A stretch of 64,000 bases of DNA, taken from positions 288,001 to 352,000 of IMG/VR virus record IMGVR_UViG_3300045988_180880. One strand, written 5' to 3'. The notes under the pieces were generated by a model. It was given only the letters and a program-made list of their open reading frames with translations. It was not told where the DNA came from and did not search any database. This document shows positions 28,176 to 38,583 of this stretch, one piece after another. The stretch is from a virus. Position 1 is the stretch's first letter. The number at the start of each line of letters is the position of its first letter. A program made the position numbers and the translations under genes.

Positions 28176-28908
28176 AACATTATTAATAGATCTTAAAAAG
28201 AAGTTATTTATCAGGAGTGCTCTTATAAGTTTGACGTCTCTTGATGAAATTTTAGCCTTGAACGATTTTTTGAGTCCAGATGAGATATTACTGGAGATAA
28301 TTAAGGAGTCGTTAAGAGAATTTGAACATACCTTGCCATTGATTCTGGAGATGAAAATGAACCGTTCTCAGATGTGTAGTTGTGAGAACATGGGACTTGA
28401 AGGGTATTGTGAGATTAAGAGTAATTTTACATTATTTCTTGATTGTAAAATATCGGAAGATCAGATTATATTAATTCCAAACTCTATTCCTATGTACAGG
28501 GTGGGGTCTATATCTTATCCAGCTCCAGGAAACTATACTTACTTCACAGATTATAGACGTCCTTATGTTTTTATGATGGATATGCCCAGTTACGATCAAT
28601 TCTATATTAGAGGAATATGTAGTCGACCAATAATTCCTGACTTTCTTCCTGATAAAACGTTTAATCCAGGATCATCTAAAGCAGCTATTTATTGGCTGAA
28701 TGTAGAAGAAGGGTCGAGAGGTACATTTTTTATGGATCTCTGTATGACTCATTTACTAGACTATATTAGGAACCTAAAGGCTTCATTAATGTTACCTAAT
28801 GTTGGTTTGGAAGTTCTTAATAATATCGACGCTGCATATCAAGAGCTTAGATCTAGGTGTGATAATTATATACTCCAATCTGGATGGTATGGAGATTTAC
28901 TTGTTTAA
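28168..28908 (+). CDS. Hypothetical structural protein
   Basis: ORF track, 246 aa; its start overlaps the upstream stop. Confidence 0.5.
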   Translation: MDKTLLIDLKKKLFIRSALISLTSLDEILALNDFLSPDEILLEIIKESLREFEHTLPLILEMKMNRSQMCSCENMGLEGYCEIKSNFTLFLDCKISEDQIILIPNSIPMYRVGSISYPAPGNYTYFTDYRRPYVFMMDMPSYDQFYIRGICSRPIIPDFLPDKTFNPGSSKAAIYWLNVEEGSRGTFFMDLCMTHLLDYIRNLKASLMLPNVGLEVLNNIDAAYQELRSRCDNYILQSGWYGDLLV

Positions 28909-28919
28909 TATATAAAATT

Positions 28920-29381
28920 ATGATAATAAAAAGAAAGTTGTATTCTCTTACAGGAACTAGAGTATTGGCTGGATTTAATAAAAAAGTTCTTAGAAAGACT
29001 CCAATGGCTGCAAAAAGATCCGCCATAAAAACACAAAATAAAGTCTTAGAAGCTACAGCAAGAGGTTTAAATAAGATAGAAGGAGTAAAAATGGCGGCAA
29101 ATCAAGCAGCCATTAATCCAGGAAGAGTTGTAAATACTAAAGTAATTCAACCATCTATAGAAGCACCTATAACTTCTGTAGCTATGAAAACAGTACCTAT
29201 TCCTGGAACATCTGCTTTAGTTAGTGTAGTAGGAAAACCAGAGAAAACTATATGGAAAAAGATTGGAGTTGGTGATAAAATGTCTAAGGCTGCATCTAAG
29301 TATGTAGATAGTAAAGGAGGTAGAGTTGTAGAAGATGTAGTAAATAGCTCGACTAATTATTTAAAAAATCTTATGGTATGA
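28920..29381 (+). CDS. Leader-tagged (MIIKRKLYS) protein
   Basis: In-frame ATG at 28920 within ORF-track 28884..29381 gives the canonical leader. Confidence 0.55.
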   Translation: MIIKRKLYSLTGTRVLAGFNKKVLRKTPMAAKRSAIKTQNKVLEATARGLNKIEGVKMAANQAAINPGRVVNTKVIQPSIEAPITSVAMKTVPIPGTSALVSVVGKPEKTIWKKIGVGDKMSKAASKYVDSKGGRVVEDVVNSSTNYLKNLMV

Positions 29382-30571
29382 CAAAATTTAGACAAAAACA
29401 ATATACAATTCCGGAGGGTCACTATACAGGTCCTAAGGATATGGATAAGGTTCCAGGAGCTATAGAAGTAATCGGAAAATCTGCCTTAGCTGGTGCTGGT
29501 ATTGGAGGAGTTACAGGTAGTCTCCTAAAAGATGCTAGTATTACCAGTGGTGCTATAACTGGAGGTAAATATGGAACTATAGCAGGTGTAGTATTAAAAT
29601 TCTTCTTAAACTATTTACACAATCCAATGTCATCTATTAAATTTCAAGAAGTAGATAAATTAATTCGTCGTGAGTTTGGTATTTATAGAGCTTCTGGAGT
29701 AACTATAGGAGATTCATTAGATAAAAGAGCAAAAATAGATGAGAAGTTTAGTTTTAATGATCGAAATGTAACAGCTTATAAATTAAATTTTTCAATACAA
29801 GATAATTCCATTACCATGTATACTTTTGGAATGACCTCTAAGGAATTGGAAAAGACTTCAGATAGTTTAGACTATTACTGTAAGAAGTATACAGGGATGG
29901 AATATAGTAGTTATGCAATCAATTCTAGAAATAATTCTTATTCAGTGGCTATTGTATTTACAAATTATCAAGTTATAGCCAACTTTATAATGGAACTCAG
30001 TAATACTCTTGGAGTAAAAATAAATCTTCTTGATAACAAAGCTTTAGTTGAAAATAGAATTAAGGAAGTTGAACAGAAGGATTTTTCAGTTAAGTCTTTA
30101 AATAAATATGATTTAAAGAAATTCATTGGAAAGACAGGAAAATTTCTATTTTCCGGTAAATCTGAAGATCTTATCGGTTTAATTTATAGTGCTGCAGTAA
30201 CTTTTTCTAATGATCCTGATATAATTCCTACATATCGAGGAGATTTTGGAAATAAGTACTTAGAAAATAGCCTTAAAAGACTTCGTTATGTTGAAGGTTT
30301 AGATTATACTGTTGGGGAATTTGGTGGAGATATAGGTATTAATATGTCAATGATCTCTGGAATATTCGTAATAACAGTAAATAAAGAGGATACCGACGAA
30401 CTTAAGAAGATTGATTCTATTTTCTGGAATCACTTAAAAACGATAGTAAATAGGGTAGATACTGGAAAAGTAGTTGTATATAACTACACAATTAAAACAA
30501 GAAATGAATTTGATTTTATCTTAAAAAAATTCATGTCAACTGATGTAAAACCTAATATATTTGAAAAATGA
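29378..30571 (+). CDS. Leader-variant (MTKFRQKQY) protein with glycine-zipper segment
   Basis: Sequence SALAGAGIGGVTGSLL..GGKYGTIAGVVL; 397 aa. Confidence 0.55.
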   Translation: MTKFRQKQYTIPEGHYTGPKDMDKVPGAIEVIGKSALAGAGIGGVTGSLLKDASITSGAITGGKYGTIAGVVLKFFLNYLHNPMSSIKFQEVDKLIRREFGIYRASGVTIGDSLDKRAKIDEKFSFNDRNVTAYKLNFSIQDNSITMYTFGMTSKELEKTSDSLDYYCKKYTGMEYSSYAINSRNNSYSVAIVFTNYQVIANFIMELSNTLGVKINLLDNKALVENRIKEVEQKDFSVKSLNKYDLKKFIGKTGKFLFSGKSEDLIGLIYSAAVTFSNDPDIIPTYRGDFGNKYLENSLKRLRYVEGLDYTVGEFGGDIGINMSMISGIFVITVNKEDTDELKKIDSIFWNHLKTIVNRVDTGKVVVYNYTIKTRNEFDFILKKFMSTDVKPNIFEK

Positions 30572-30939
30572 TAGTACCTAGAATTCGATATTTTTCAGAT
30601 TTACAAGCTAGAAAGATGATAACGAAATTAACAGAGAAATTGGATAAAGATCGTATCGGGGATTATGAAGTTTCTAGTAAAATTCCCAAAGATGTAATTA
30701 GTATATATCCTGATCCATCTTCAATTAAAATATATATTCCAAAAGATCTTGAATATAGTCAGTACGAAATTGATGATTTCATTAGATCTATGGCAGCTCA
30801 TATTAGAACAACTACGATCCTAGAGAGAGATATATATGTAATGAAACTATCAGGATCTCTTACTTTTGAACAGATATATAAATTAATACGTGAAATAATT
30901 GATACAGAAGAATTTTGTACTATTATTGACTGTGATTAA
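30568..30939 (+). CDS. Leader-variant (MIVPRIRYFS) protein
   Basis: ORF track; ATGA coupling. Confidence 0.5.
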   Translation: MIVPRIRYFSDLQARKMITKLTEKLDKDRIGDYEVSSKIPKDVISIYPDPSSIKIYIPKDLEYSQYEIDDFIRSMAAHIRTTTILERDIYVMKLSGSLTFEQIYKLIREIIDTEEFCTIIDCD

Positions 30940-30963
30940 TCTTTAAACTAAATATATACTATT

Positions 30964-31395
30964 ATGGCGGATATGATTTCAAAAAACTTAGATAAGGCAA
31001 ATAGGCTTTATTCTATTGGAATGAAAAATATAAAATTACAATTAAAACTTCTTGGGACTGAATTTGTAGTACTCAGACCAAAGAGTAATTCAAAATGGAA
31101 AAATGTTTTTGGAGGTACATATTCATCAAGTAGTACATTAGAGAACGATTATGATCAATTTACTACAATATTGATATTAAATCAGAATGAACTAAGAGAT
31201 GTATGGAATCGAAACAGAGATAATCTAGAAGTATATACAGATGATGGATCTCTTGAAGTAGGGGATGAATTACAATATACTCGTGGAAAATATACATTCA
31301 GATTTAAAATATCTCTTAAAATGGGTTACTCTGAAGTAGCTGAAGTATTCTATGTTTATACATTGAATAGTATTATTGAAACTTTAGATATGTAA
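30964..31395 (+). CDS. Hypothetical structural protein
   Basis: ORF track, 143 aa. Confidence 0.5.
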   Translation: MADMISKNLDKANRLYSIGMKNIKLQLKLLGTEFVVLRPKSNSKWKNVFGGTYSSSSTLENDYDQFTTILILNQNELRDVWNRNRDNLEVYTDDGSLEVGDELQYTRGKYTFRFKISLKMGYSEVAEVFYVYTLNSIIETLDM

Positions 31396-31397
31396 TT

Positions 31398-34300
31398 ATG
31401 AGAGAAAGAAATATAGAAAATGAGATTCTGAAGCAAAATAAAATTCCTGGATGTGATCAACTTACTAGACCTGAGGAAGTAAAAGCTCTTAGTAAATATC
31501 TTAAAAGTATTAGAACAACTCAAGAAAATCATACTTCCCTAGAGAAAGATAATCTAGAACTCCCTGGAAGAACAACAGGGAGGATTCCAGAAATTAATTC
31601 TCTCGAAGATCATGTAGAAGGATTAGATGGAATTAGGGGTGTAAAGAATTTATATAAAGAAAGTAGTAGAATATCTTTGAGTGATGATCAAGGAGAAAAG
31701 ATACCTACAGGATTATATACAGAAAAGTCACGTGAAAATTTAGAGGATAAAAGAAAAATATTCTTAGAGAATAAACGTGAGGATCTTAAAAATACTTTAG
31801 AGGATCCTAAACTTGAAAAACACAGAGAAAATCTTGATACAGATTCTTCGGGGATAGATGAACTTAACAAAGAAAAAGTAAATCTAGAAGGAGTTAGGGA
31901 TGTAAGAAATCTTTATATAAATACAAAAGAAAAACTTAAGGTTCCAGAAGAAGATCTAAAACTAGGAAAAGAAAAGGAATCTCTTATTGATAATCATAAT
32001 CCAGAACTAGACCTAACGAGAATAGATCTTGAAGGGTTTAGAGATTTATCTTATAAAGAACAACTAGAGGTAGATTCTAAAAATGAATTAGATACTACTA
32101 GGATATCATTAAAGAAGACCACGGAAAATCCTGAATTATCTAATCACAAGGAAAATCTTAAGAAAACTCCCGAAGAATTAGATAAATTAGGGAGTTATAA
32201 AGAGTCTTTGGGGAATGTAGAAGATAAACTAGAGGAGCTTAATGGTACTAAGGTTAAGCTTAGAAATCCAGTAAGTGATATTGAACTCTCTAAAACCAAA
32301 GTATCTTTAGAGAGAACTGCAGAAGATAAGGAGTTAGAAACTTATAGGGAAAATCTTAAGAAAACTCCCGAAGAATTAGATAAATTAGAGAATCACAAAG
32401 AATCTCTTAGGAGTGGGGAAGAATTAGAAAACCTACCTAAAGATAAAATAGCTCTTGAAGGTATTGCGGAAACATTAGAAGAACTAGGAAATACTAGAAT
32501 AGACTTAGATGGTACTGAAGAATCTGAAATATTTACTTTAGAGGATTATAGAGAAAACCTAAGTGTAGAAGATAATAATTCTCTTGAAGATAAAAGGATA
32601 GACCTAGAAGATACAAAGGAGTCTGAACCTAAAGCGCTAGAGGATGAAAGAATTGATCTAAATGGCACTAAAGAATCTGAGATATCTACTTTAGAGGATT
32701 ATAGAGAAAACTTAAGTGTAGAAGATAATAATTCTCTTGAAGATACTAGAATAGACCTAACAGGAACAAAAGAAGCTGAAGTATCCGAACTTGAAGATTA
32801 TCTTGATGAATTAGATAATACAAAAGATTATGAAGCTTCTGAGTTAGAGGATACTAGGATAGACTTAACTGGGACTAAAGAAGCAGAACCTGAATCTTTA
32901 GAAGACAAGAGAATAGACTTAGAGGATACTGAAGAATATGAATCGAGTTCTTTAGAGGATGAAAGGATAAATCTAGAAAGTACAGAGGAATTCGAACCTG
33001 GAAGTCTTGAAGATTTTATAGATAAACTTGAAGACTCTAGAGATACCGAACTTGAAGATGAAATACTTGAACTTCCTGAAACTTCTGGAGATGAGTATGA
33101 AGGTTATAATCCATTAGGTCCAGATGAATTAGATAGTCTTGGTGGGAATATCAATAATTTCTATGATTCTCTTCTTGAAGTTCCTGAAACAGGTGATGCT
33201 CCTAGACAATCTGGGGATTATACTCCTCTTGGTCCAGAAGAATTAGATAGTCTTGGTGGAGATCTTGGAAATTTTTACGATTCTATTCTTGAAGTTCCAG
33301 AAGATACTGAACATATTATTGAAGAGCTAAATGATGATATTAAAGAAAAAATTCCTGAAGCACAAGTAGATGAAAGTCAAAAAGATTGGAAATATTTAAA
33401 GGAATTAACCGAAGATGATCTCTATAAAGAAACTATTCGTTTACTTAGTGAGAAAGAAGCTGGAGAGTGGGGTAAGAAAATGCAATCTTTAGTAAGTGCA
33501 TATCTTAGTTCAGAAGCCATATCTCCTGATCGAGCAGAAGAATATATAAATAAACTTGGAAAGGAGATCTTAATTCAACAAGAGTCTTCGAGAGTGGAAG
33601 GTCCTTCTATGAAATTACCAAAATTTGGATTAGAATCTCTTAACTTAAGTAATTATCTTAGGTGGACAGCTGAGAAAACTATTGGATGGACTGGAGTACA
33701 TGGATCAGCGAGACAACTTCTTCTTAATGAAACAATAGCTGCACTTGTAGTAGCTAGAGATGAGTTAGAAAAATTATCTAAATCAAATCGATATAGATTA
33801 CCTGGAAATGATAGAGGTTTATTAGGTGATTTAGTATCTGGAGGAGTTTCTGGTGCTCTTGATAACTTGGGAGATAAACTAGGTGATGCAGTTAATACAA
33901 TAGTTGGGAGCAAATCTGTAGATATCTCTAATCCTATAAATAGACCAGAAAAAAATGAGCATAGAGATGGATGGGAAGAAGGAAATATACGACCATCAGG
34001 AAGTAATCCATTTCTACCAACACAAAGTCATTCAGAGTTTTCTCAAAAAGAAGGTAATCTATTATCCAAGATAACTAAAAGTAGTGGAAGTAGTGGGGAT
34101 AGTAATAAATTCTGGAAAAAAGTAGGAAGTGCAGCAAAAGATATGCTTCTAGGCTCTAGCAGTGGAGAAACAACTTATAAATTTAAATCTAATTATGTAT
34201 CTGGAAAAGGAATAAATATCACATTAGAGGAATTATGTGGAATTTCTGGCACAGATGATGCAAATACTGTAGAAGGATTGTATAATGTATTAAAATCTAG

Positions 34301-35090
34301 CCCATTTATTACTACTCCAGATAAATTTACCTCAACTGGATATTCAGATTATAGAACTCAAACATTAGATACTAATGCATACTGGGAAGTTGTTTTAGAA
34401 CCCTATGTAGGTCCTGAAAATGGAAATCTTAATTATCTTCCTGGAATTCATGAAATCAATACTAGAAATATAGCTCAACACGGAGTAAATACTGCTTATA
34501 ATAGATGGATTCCTTATGTTAGTTTTGATCTTCAAAAATCTAAATTAACAAATAAAACACTCAATCTATATGATGGTGAAATCAGTTATCCTGTTTCAAT
34601 GGAATTTACTAATGAATTTAGATTAACTATAGCTGACGATCAATATAAGTCTTGGAGACGATATTTTGAAGAATGTGCTAAAGCTGCAATTTATAATAGT
34701 GAAGGACATGATGAATCTTATTATAAAGAAGGCGGTACTGAAGGAGTTTTAGGATTAACTGCAATAGATACTAATAACGTATGTATTGCTATGTATAAAA
34801 ATATATGCTTCAGATGTAGAATATACGTTATGACACCGCAATATAGTACAATTCAAAAATTTGATTTACTTTTAGTAATGAAAGATTTTTCTGAAGAATA
34901 TACAGGAGATATTGGAGATGGTGCAGGAGATCTTACAGTATCATTTAGTATTGTAGGAGAGAATCCAAATGAAGGAGAAATTCCAAAAGTTAAAGTAATA
35001 CAGCATAAAGCTCCTGATAATTCTTCAAAAACGGATTATGGTTCTATAGTAGAAAGTGGAGTAAATTCAGTAATGAAACTAATTAAATAA
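31398..35090 (+). CDS. Large virion protein with Glu/Leu-rich tandem repeats and globular C-terminal domain
   Basis: 1230-aa ORF. The N-terminal ~600 aa is made of degenerate LED/ENL repeats. Confidence 0.55.
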   Translation: MRERNIENEILKQNKIPGCDQLTRPEEVKALSKYLKSIRTTQENHTSLEKDNLELPGRTTGRIPEINSLEDHVEGLDGIRGVKNLYKESSRISLSDDQGEKIPTGLYTEKSRENLEDKRKIFLENKREDLKNTLEDPKLEKHRENLDTDSSGIDELNKEKVNLEGVRDVRNLYINTKEKLKVPEEDLKLGKEKESLIDNHNPELDLTRIDLEGFRDLSYKEQLEVDSKNELDTTRISLKKTTENPELSNHKENLKKTPEELDKLGSYKESLGNVEDKLEELNGTKVKLRNPVSDIELSKTKVSLERTAEDKELETYRENLKKTPEELDKLENHKESLRSGEELENLPKDKIALEGIAETLEELGNTRIDLDGTEESEIFTLEDYRENLSVEDNNSLEDKRIDLEDTKESEPKALEDERIDLNGTKESEISTLEDYRENLSVEDNNSLEDTRIDLTGTKEAEVSELEDYLDELDNTKDYEASELEDTRIDLTGTKEAEPESLEDKRIDLEDTEEYESSSLEDERINLESTEEFEPGSLEDFIDKLEDSRDTELEDEILELPETSGDEYEGYNPLGPDELDSLGGNINNFYDSLLEVPETGDAPRQSGDYTPLGPEELDSLGGDLGNFYDSILEVPEDTEHIIEELNDDIKEKIPEAQVDESQKDWKYLKELTEDDLYKETIRLLSEKEAGEWGKKMQSLVSAYLSSEAISPDRAEEYINKLGKEILIQQESSRVEGPSMKLPKFGLESLNLSNYLRWTAEKTIGWTGVHGSARQLLLNETIAALVVARDELEKLSKSNRYRLPGNDRGLLGDLVSGGVSGALDNLGDKLGDAVNTIVGSKSVDISNPINRPEKNEHRDGWEEGNIRPSGSNPFLPTQSHSEFSQKEGNLLSKITKSSGSSGDSNKFWKKVGSAAKDMLLGSSSGETTYKFKSNYVSGKGINITLEELCGISGTDDANTVEGLYNVLKSSPFITTPDKFTSTGYSDYRTQTLDTNAYWEVVLEPYVGPENGNLNYLPGIHEINTRNIAQHGVNTAYNRWIPYVSFDLQKSKLTNKTLNLYDGEISYPVSMEFTNEFRLTIADDQYKSWRRYFEECAKAAIYNSEGHDESYYKEGGTEGVLGLTAIDTNNVCIAMYKNICFRCRIYVMTPQYSTIQKFDLLLVMKDFSEEYTGDIGDGAGDLTVSFSIVGENPNEGEIPKVKVIQHKAPDNSSKTDYGSIVESGVNSVMKLIK
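31560..33310 (+). repeat. Degenerate coding tandem repeats (LEDxRIDLxGTKExE and similar)
   Basis: Duplicated blocks: ENLKKTPEELDKL (2 copies), TLEDYRENLSVEDNNSLED (2 copies), (Y)xPLGP(D/E)ELDSLGG..NFYDS(L/I)LEVPE (2 copies). Confidence 0.7.
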
Positions 35091-35099
35091 AATAAGATT

Positions 35100-37454
35100 A
35101 TGTATTTAAGATTAGGAACAACTAATATAAAGTACTCCACTGAACAAGATGATTTTACAGTATTTTCTGAAGTTGTAGATTCTAAGATGTCATATGAGAA
35201 ACCAGTACTTGTGAGAACTCCTGATGAACTTGACATCTGGTTTGGATCAGATTTTCCAGGGAAAGATTATTACGATGAACTTTTAGAATCTGGAGTTACT
35301 TTATTTTTATATAGACCAATTAAGGTTGAACAAAATACTAATGCTCCTGACTATATTGATCTAAAAGAATATTCTATAGATCAAAAATTATACTATAACT
35401 TAACAGAACTTCCAGAAGTCGGAGAAGATAAAGTTTTGTATAAAGTAGTAACAGGAGAAGGCGAATATAAAGAAGGAAATTTGTGGTATACTCTTTATAT
35501 ATATTATCTAGGAGAATATATGAAAATCCTAGAATTACCACAAAATCTTGACACTAATAATACGAGTTCTCTAGAAAATAGAGATGTATTAAATATAAAT
35601 TATCCAGGTTTTATTGGACCTGAATATTGTTATCCGAAATATATAGAGGAAGGAGATGTTGATTATACTGAAAAAATTGATGAAGAAGTATTATTATCTC
35701 ATCTTCCTGATCTGCTAAGAGTATCAAAAGGGTATGAAACTTTAGCTTATTCCTTAGTATATAACCCTGAGATAGATTTTTACCCGGTAGACGAGGGATT
35801 AACTTCTAAATATATAATCCTGAAAAAACTTAAAAATGACTCTTATGAAAATATAATGATTTGGTTTAAAGAGGAAATTAATAGTATCCCTAATATTCCA
35901 AGTCAATATTATGATGAAGCAATTGAGGTTGAAATTAAAGCAAAAGAAAGTAATAAGGAAATTTTCAAGAGGTTAGTAGAAGTTATAATTCCAAGTCAAT
36001 TAGGTTATACTATCGAAGGAAATATCTCGGAGGGTTACAAAATATACACATCATATTCTATTCAAGTTACCTATTTTACTAATATTACTGGTCTATTATT
36101 CGAACCAGATTTTAACACTACACACAATATACTATCAAAAATCTCGAGTGGAAGTACTAGAATGAGATTTATATCGAAAACAACTGGTACTGAAGGTGGA
36201 GATTCCGAATATTTAGATAGTGATATTAGTGTAAATATTGAGAAACTGAAGGGAGATGATAAATATAGAGTAACAATCGAGAGGTATAAATATCAAGAAA
36301 TTTATGAAGGTGGTTTATTTACTATTGGACAGGAAAGGCTTGATACTATAATTACTTCAGAGTCTAAGTTAGTTAGATGTATTCTTTCAACATCTTACGT
36401 AAATCGAGAGACAGATGAAGAGGTAGAGTATAAAAAAGGTTCTAAAGAATCTGAATTACCCTCTGGAACATGGTATCTTAAACGAGCCTGGAAAGAAACG
36501 GCCGAAGATATAAATGGGGAATATTGGAAAGCGGCAGAGGCTATTTTTGGATCTGACAACGCTGGAATTATTGATTATTTCTTAGTCCCTGATATCTATA
36601 AATACTCGGCCGGAATGAAGACAGGCTCGGAGACTAGTTATTATCCAGAATATGAGAGATTTTTAGGATATGCGAAGAGTTTAGGTTTTCAAGTATTATT
36701 CCAAAATTCTGATAATGGATGGACCTACGTAGAAACTCAAGAACTTCCATCGGCCGAAGATATAACCTCAGGAACAATTTATATAGTATCACAACCTACT
36801 GGAGGAGTAAAATTCTATAAAGTAGAGAATGGAAACTTAATAGAAACAACTGACCCTGAGGAAACTAATACGGCCGGAAATAACTACGTCTTTAATTATA
36901 CCTCTGATGCTGATAATCGACTCTTATATTTTTATCGAGGGCAGACAATTTTTGGGCAAGATAGACCTGGATATTACTTACATATTAGAGGGCTCTTACA
37001 AGATATTTACTCAATAACTAGCGATCAAATCTTATATCAAACACCTACAACAGATCCTTACACCTTTGAATCACCAGAAGATAAACTTGAGGAATACAAA
37101 AGTAATTATCTAGTATTCAATAACCAGATATATTACTATAAAAAATATCAAAATGGACAAGACTTCAATACTTCAGGGTGGATGAGATTCTGTATAGGAA
37201 AAGTAGCGAGAGAATTGGAAAAGAATAAATGGAAAATTCTTAGTACTAAATCAGCCGGAGATATAAGAGCTAGAATAGAACAGATCTTAAATAGGATATC
37301 AACTGGGTACTCATATATAGATTCATTAGTTATTACTGGATTTTACCTAGACTTACCAAATAATAGACTAGGACTTGAAGTGGAATCTAGAATGAGTGAC
37401 TTAGTAGATAATGATATGACGATCGATATAACTTTAAATTACGATAAAAAATAA
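35100..37454 (+). CDS. Large tail/baseplate-associated structural protein (function unknown)
   Basis: 784-aa ORF just upstream of the tube gene. Contains four CGGCCG sites within 36499-36876. Confidence 0.5.
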   Translation: MYLRLGTTNIKYSTEQDDFTVFSEVVDSKMSYEKPVLVRTPDELDIWFGSDFPGKDYYDELLESGVTLFLYRPIKVEQNTNAPDYIDLKEYSIDQKLYYNLTELPEVGEDKVLYKVVTGEGEYKEGNLWYTLYIYYLGEYMKILELPQNLDTNNTSSLENRDVLNINYPGFIGPEYCYPKYIEEGDVDYTEKIDEEVLLSHLPDLLRVSKGYETLAYSLVYNPEIDFYPVDEGLTSKYIILKKLKNDSYENIMIWFKEEINSIPNIPSQYYDEAIEVEIKAKESNKEIFKRLVEVIIPSQLGYTIEGNISEGYKIYTSYSIQVTYFTNITGLLFEPDFNTTHNILSKISSGSTRMRFISKTTGTEGGDSEYLDSDISVNIEKLKGDDKYRVTIERYKYQEIYEGGLFTIGQERLDTIITSESKLVRCILSTSYVNRETDEEVEYKKGSKESELPSGTWYLKRAWKETAEDINGEYWKAAEAIFGSDNAGIIDYFLVPDIYKYSAGMKTGSETSYYPEYERFLGYAKSLGFQVLFQNSDNGWTYVETQELPSAEDITSGTIYIVSQPTGGVKFYKVENGNLIETTDPEETNTAGNNYVFNYTSDADNRLLYFYRGQTIFGQDRPGYYLHIRGLLQDIYSITSDQILYQTPTTDPYTFESPEDKLEEYKSNYLVFNNQIYYYKKYQNGQDFNTSGWMRFCIGKVARELEKNKWKILSTKSAGDIRARIEQILNRISTGYSYIDSLVITGFYLDLPNNRLGLEVESRMSDLVDNDMTIDITLNYDKK

Positions 37455-37462
37455 TAAAAACT

Positions 37463-37602
37463 ATGGCAAGCGTAGCAAGTTTAGTCCGCGGAAGTGACGG
37501 ATACATGAAATTTATTGACTATCAAAGTACATATAAAGATAATAATAAAGAATTCCTTCGTGGTGACATGTGGGAACTTCAATTCATTAATGTACCTAAG
37601 AT
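37463..37602 (+). CDS. Tail tube protein (T4 gp19-like), exon 1
   Basis: MASVASLVRGSDGYMKF..FLRGDMWELQFINVPK. Donor CTAAGAT| forms a 7-bp P1 with GTCTTAG (U.G at the site), phase 2. The genomic frame stops 16 codons later. Confidence 0.65.
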
Positions 37603-37763
37603 AAATAATTGTCTTAGTAAAACTTTGTAAACTGCTGGAAGATCAAGTAAAGATAAATCAGCAAAAATAGATAAAAAATCTATTTCTCAACGACTATTAG
37701 CAAAGAAAAGAAATAGCCATAGATTTCTTTTATGATATAGTCTAAACATAGAACAAATGTTTG
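37603..37763 (+). ncRNA. Group I intron, family A (A9)
   Basis: P3 CTTTG/CAAAG, P AACTGCTGGAAG. The 5' half is nearly identical to A1. P6 ATAGAT/ATCTAT, R TTCTCAACGACTA, P8 AAGAAAT/ATTTCTT, S GATATAGTCT. Terminal G37763. Confidence 0.8.
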
Positions 37764-37965
37764 AGTTTATTTCCCTGGTACTGATATTTTCAATGCTAGA
37801 TTAAATGCCGTTCAGGTAGGTATTGATTATAGTGTATCAGGTTTTGAAAAGAGAATGCGTGGTAATTATACTATCATTCAGAAGACAGGTCAAAACACAG
37901 CTGGAACCCTGTCGTTGGCTTTTGTAGATAAGGAAGATCAGGCAATTACTTACTGGTTTGATAAT
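37764..37965 (+). CDS. Tail tube protein, exon 2
   Basis: AT|A junction codon, then VYFPGTDIFNARLNAVQVGIDYSVSGFEKRMRGNYTIIQK..AFVDKEDQAITYWFDN. Donor GATAAT| (pairs with GTTGTC). Confidence 0.6.
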
Positions 37966-38182
37966 TTAAAAGTTGTCCATTAAGAGATTAAAAGTTCCTT
38001 AATGAATCTTTGTGAACTGCTGGAAATTTTAATCGCTCAAGAATGATAAAAACTAAGAGCGGAAAAATAATCAGCAGAAATAGATATGATTCTATTTTTC
38101 AACGACTAAGTACAAAGAAAGAGGATAAGCCATAGTTCCTCTTATGATATAGTCTAGTATGATTTAAAACAAAAACCATAAG
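37966..38182 (+). ncRNA. Group I intron, family A (A10)
   Basis: P2 CATTAAG/CTTAATG, P3 CTTTG/CAAAG, P AACTGCTGGAAA, extended P5, Q TAATCAGCA, R TTTCAACGACTA, S GATATAGTCT. 3' end at G38182 (alternative G38183). Confidence 0.7.
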
Positions 38183-38368
38183 GACTATCGCCAGAAAATT
38201 GCAGATCGTGATACTAAATATTCTTTCAGAAAGGATGACTTAGTATGCGACCTTAGATTAATCTTAACTAACTCAAGCCGTATCAAAGTTCGTACTCTTA
38301 ATTTCTATAACTGTATTCTTCAGGATGCACCGATTGATGAAAATGGGCAGACTGAGGACGGAACCGAT
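38183..38368 (+). CDS. Tail tube protein, exon 3
   Basis: DYRQKIADRDTKYSFRKDDLVCDLRLILTNSSRIKVRTLNFYNCILQDAPIDENGQTEDGTD. Donor CCGAT| (CGAU pairs with GTCG), as in A1. Confidence 0.6.
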
Positions 38369-38559
38369 TAATAGCTTAGTCGCTTAAATAATAAAATTTA
38401 AGAAAATTATACTAAAATGCTGGAAAAATCTTGGTTATACCAAGTATAAATCAGCAAAAACTATTAAAAATAGTTTCTCAACGACTAAATGTATAACTTA
38501 AGAAGTATTAATTCTTAAGATGATATAGTCTATAATATATTAATGTATATTAACAAATG
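38369..38559 (+). ncRNA. Group I intron, family A (A11)
   Basis: P2 CTTAAAT/ATTTAAG, P3 TTATAC/GTATAA, P AAATGCTGGAAA, Q AAATCAGCA, R TTCTCAACGACTA, P8 CTTAAGAA/TTCTTAAG, S GATATAGTCT, P9 TAATATA/TATATTA. Terminal G38559. Confidence 0.8.
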
Positions 38560-38583
38560 CGAGCAGATATCCAAGTCAGCTTT
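38560..38583 (+). CDS. Tail tube protein, exon 4 (24-nt micro-exon)
   Basis: RADIQVSF resembles T4 gp19 ..EIQTFEV. Donor GCTTT| (CUUU pairs with GAAG, directly before P2). Confidence 0.5.
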
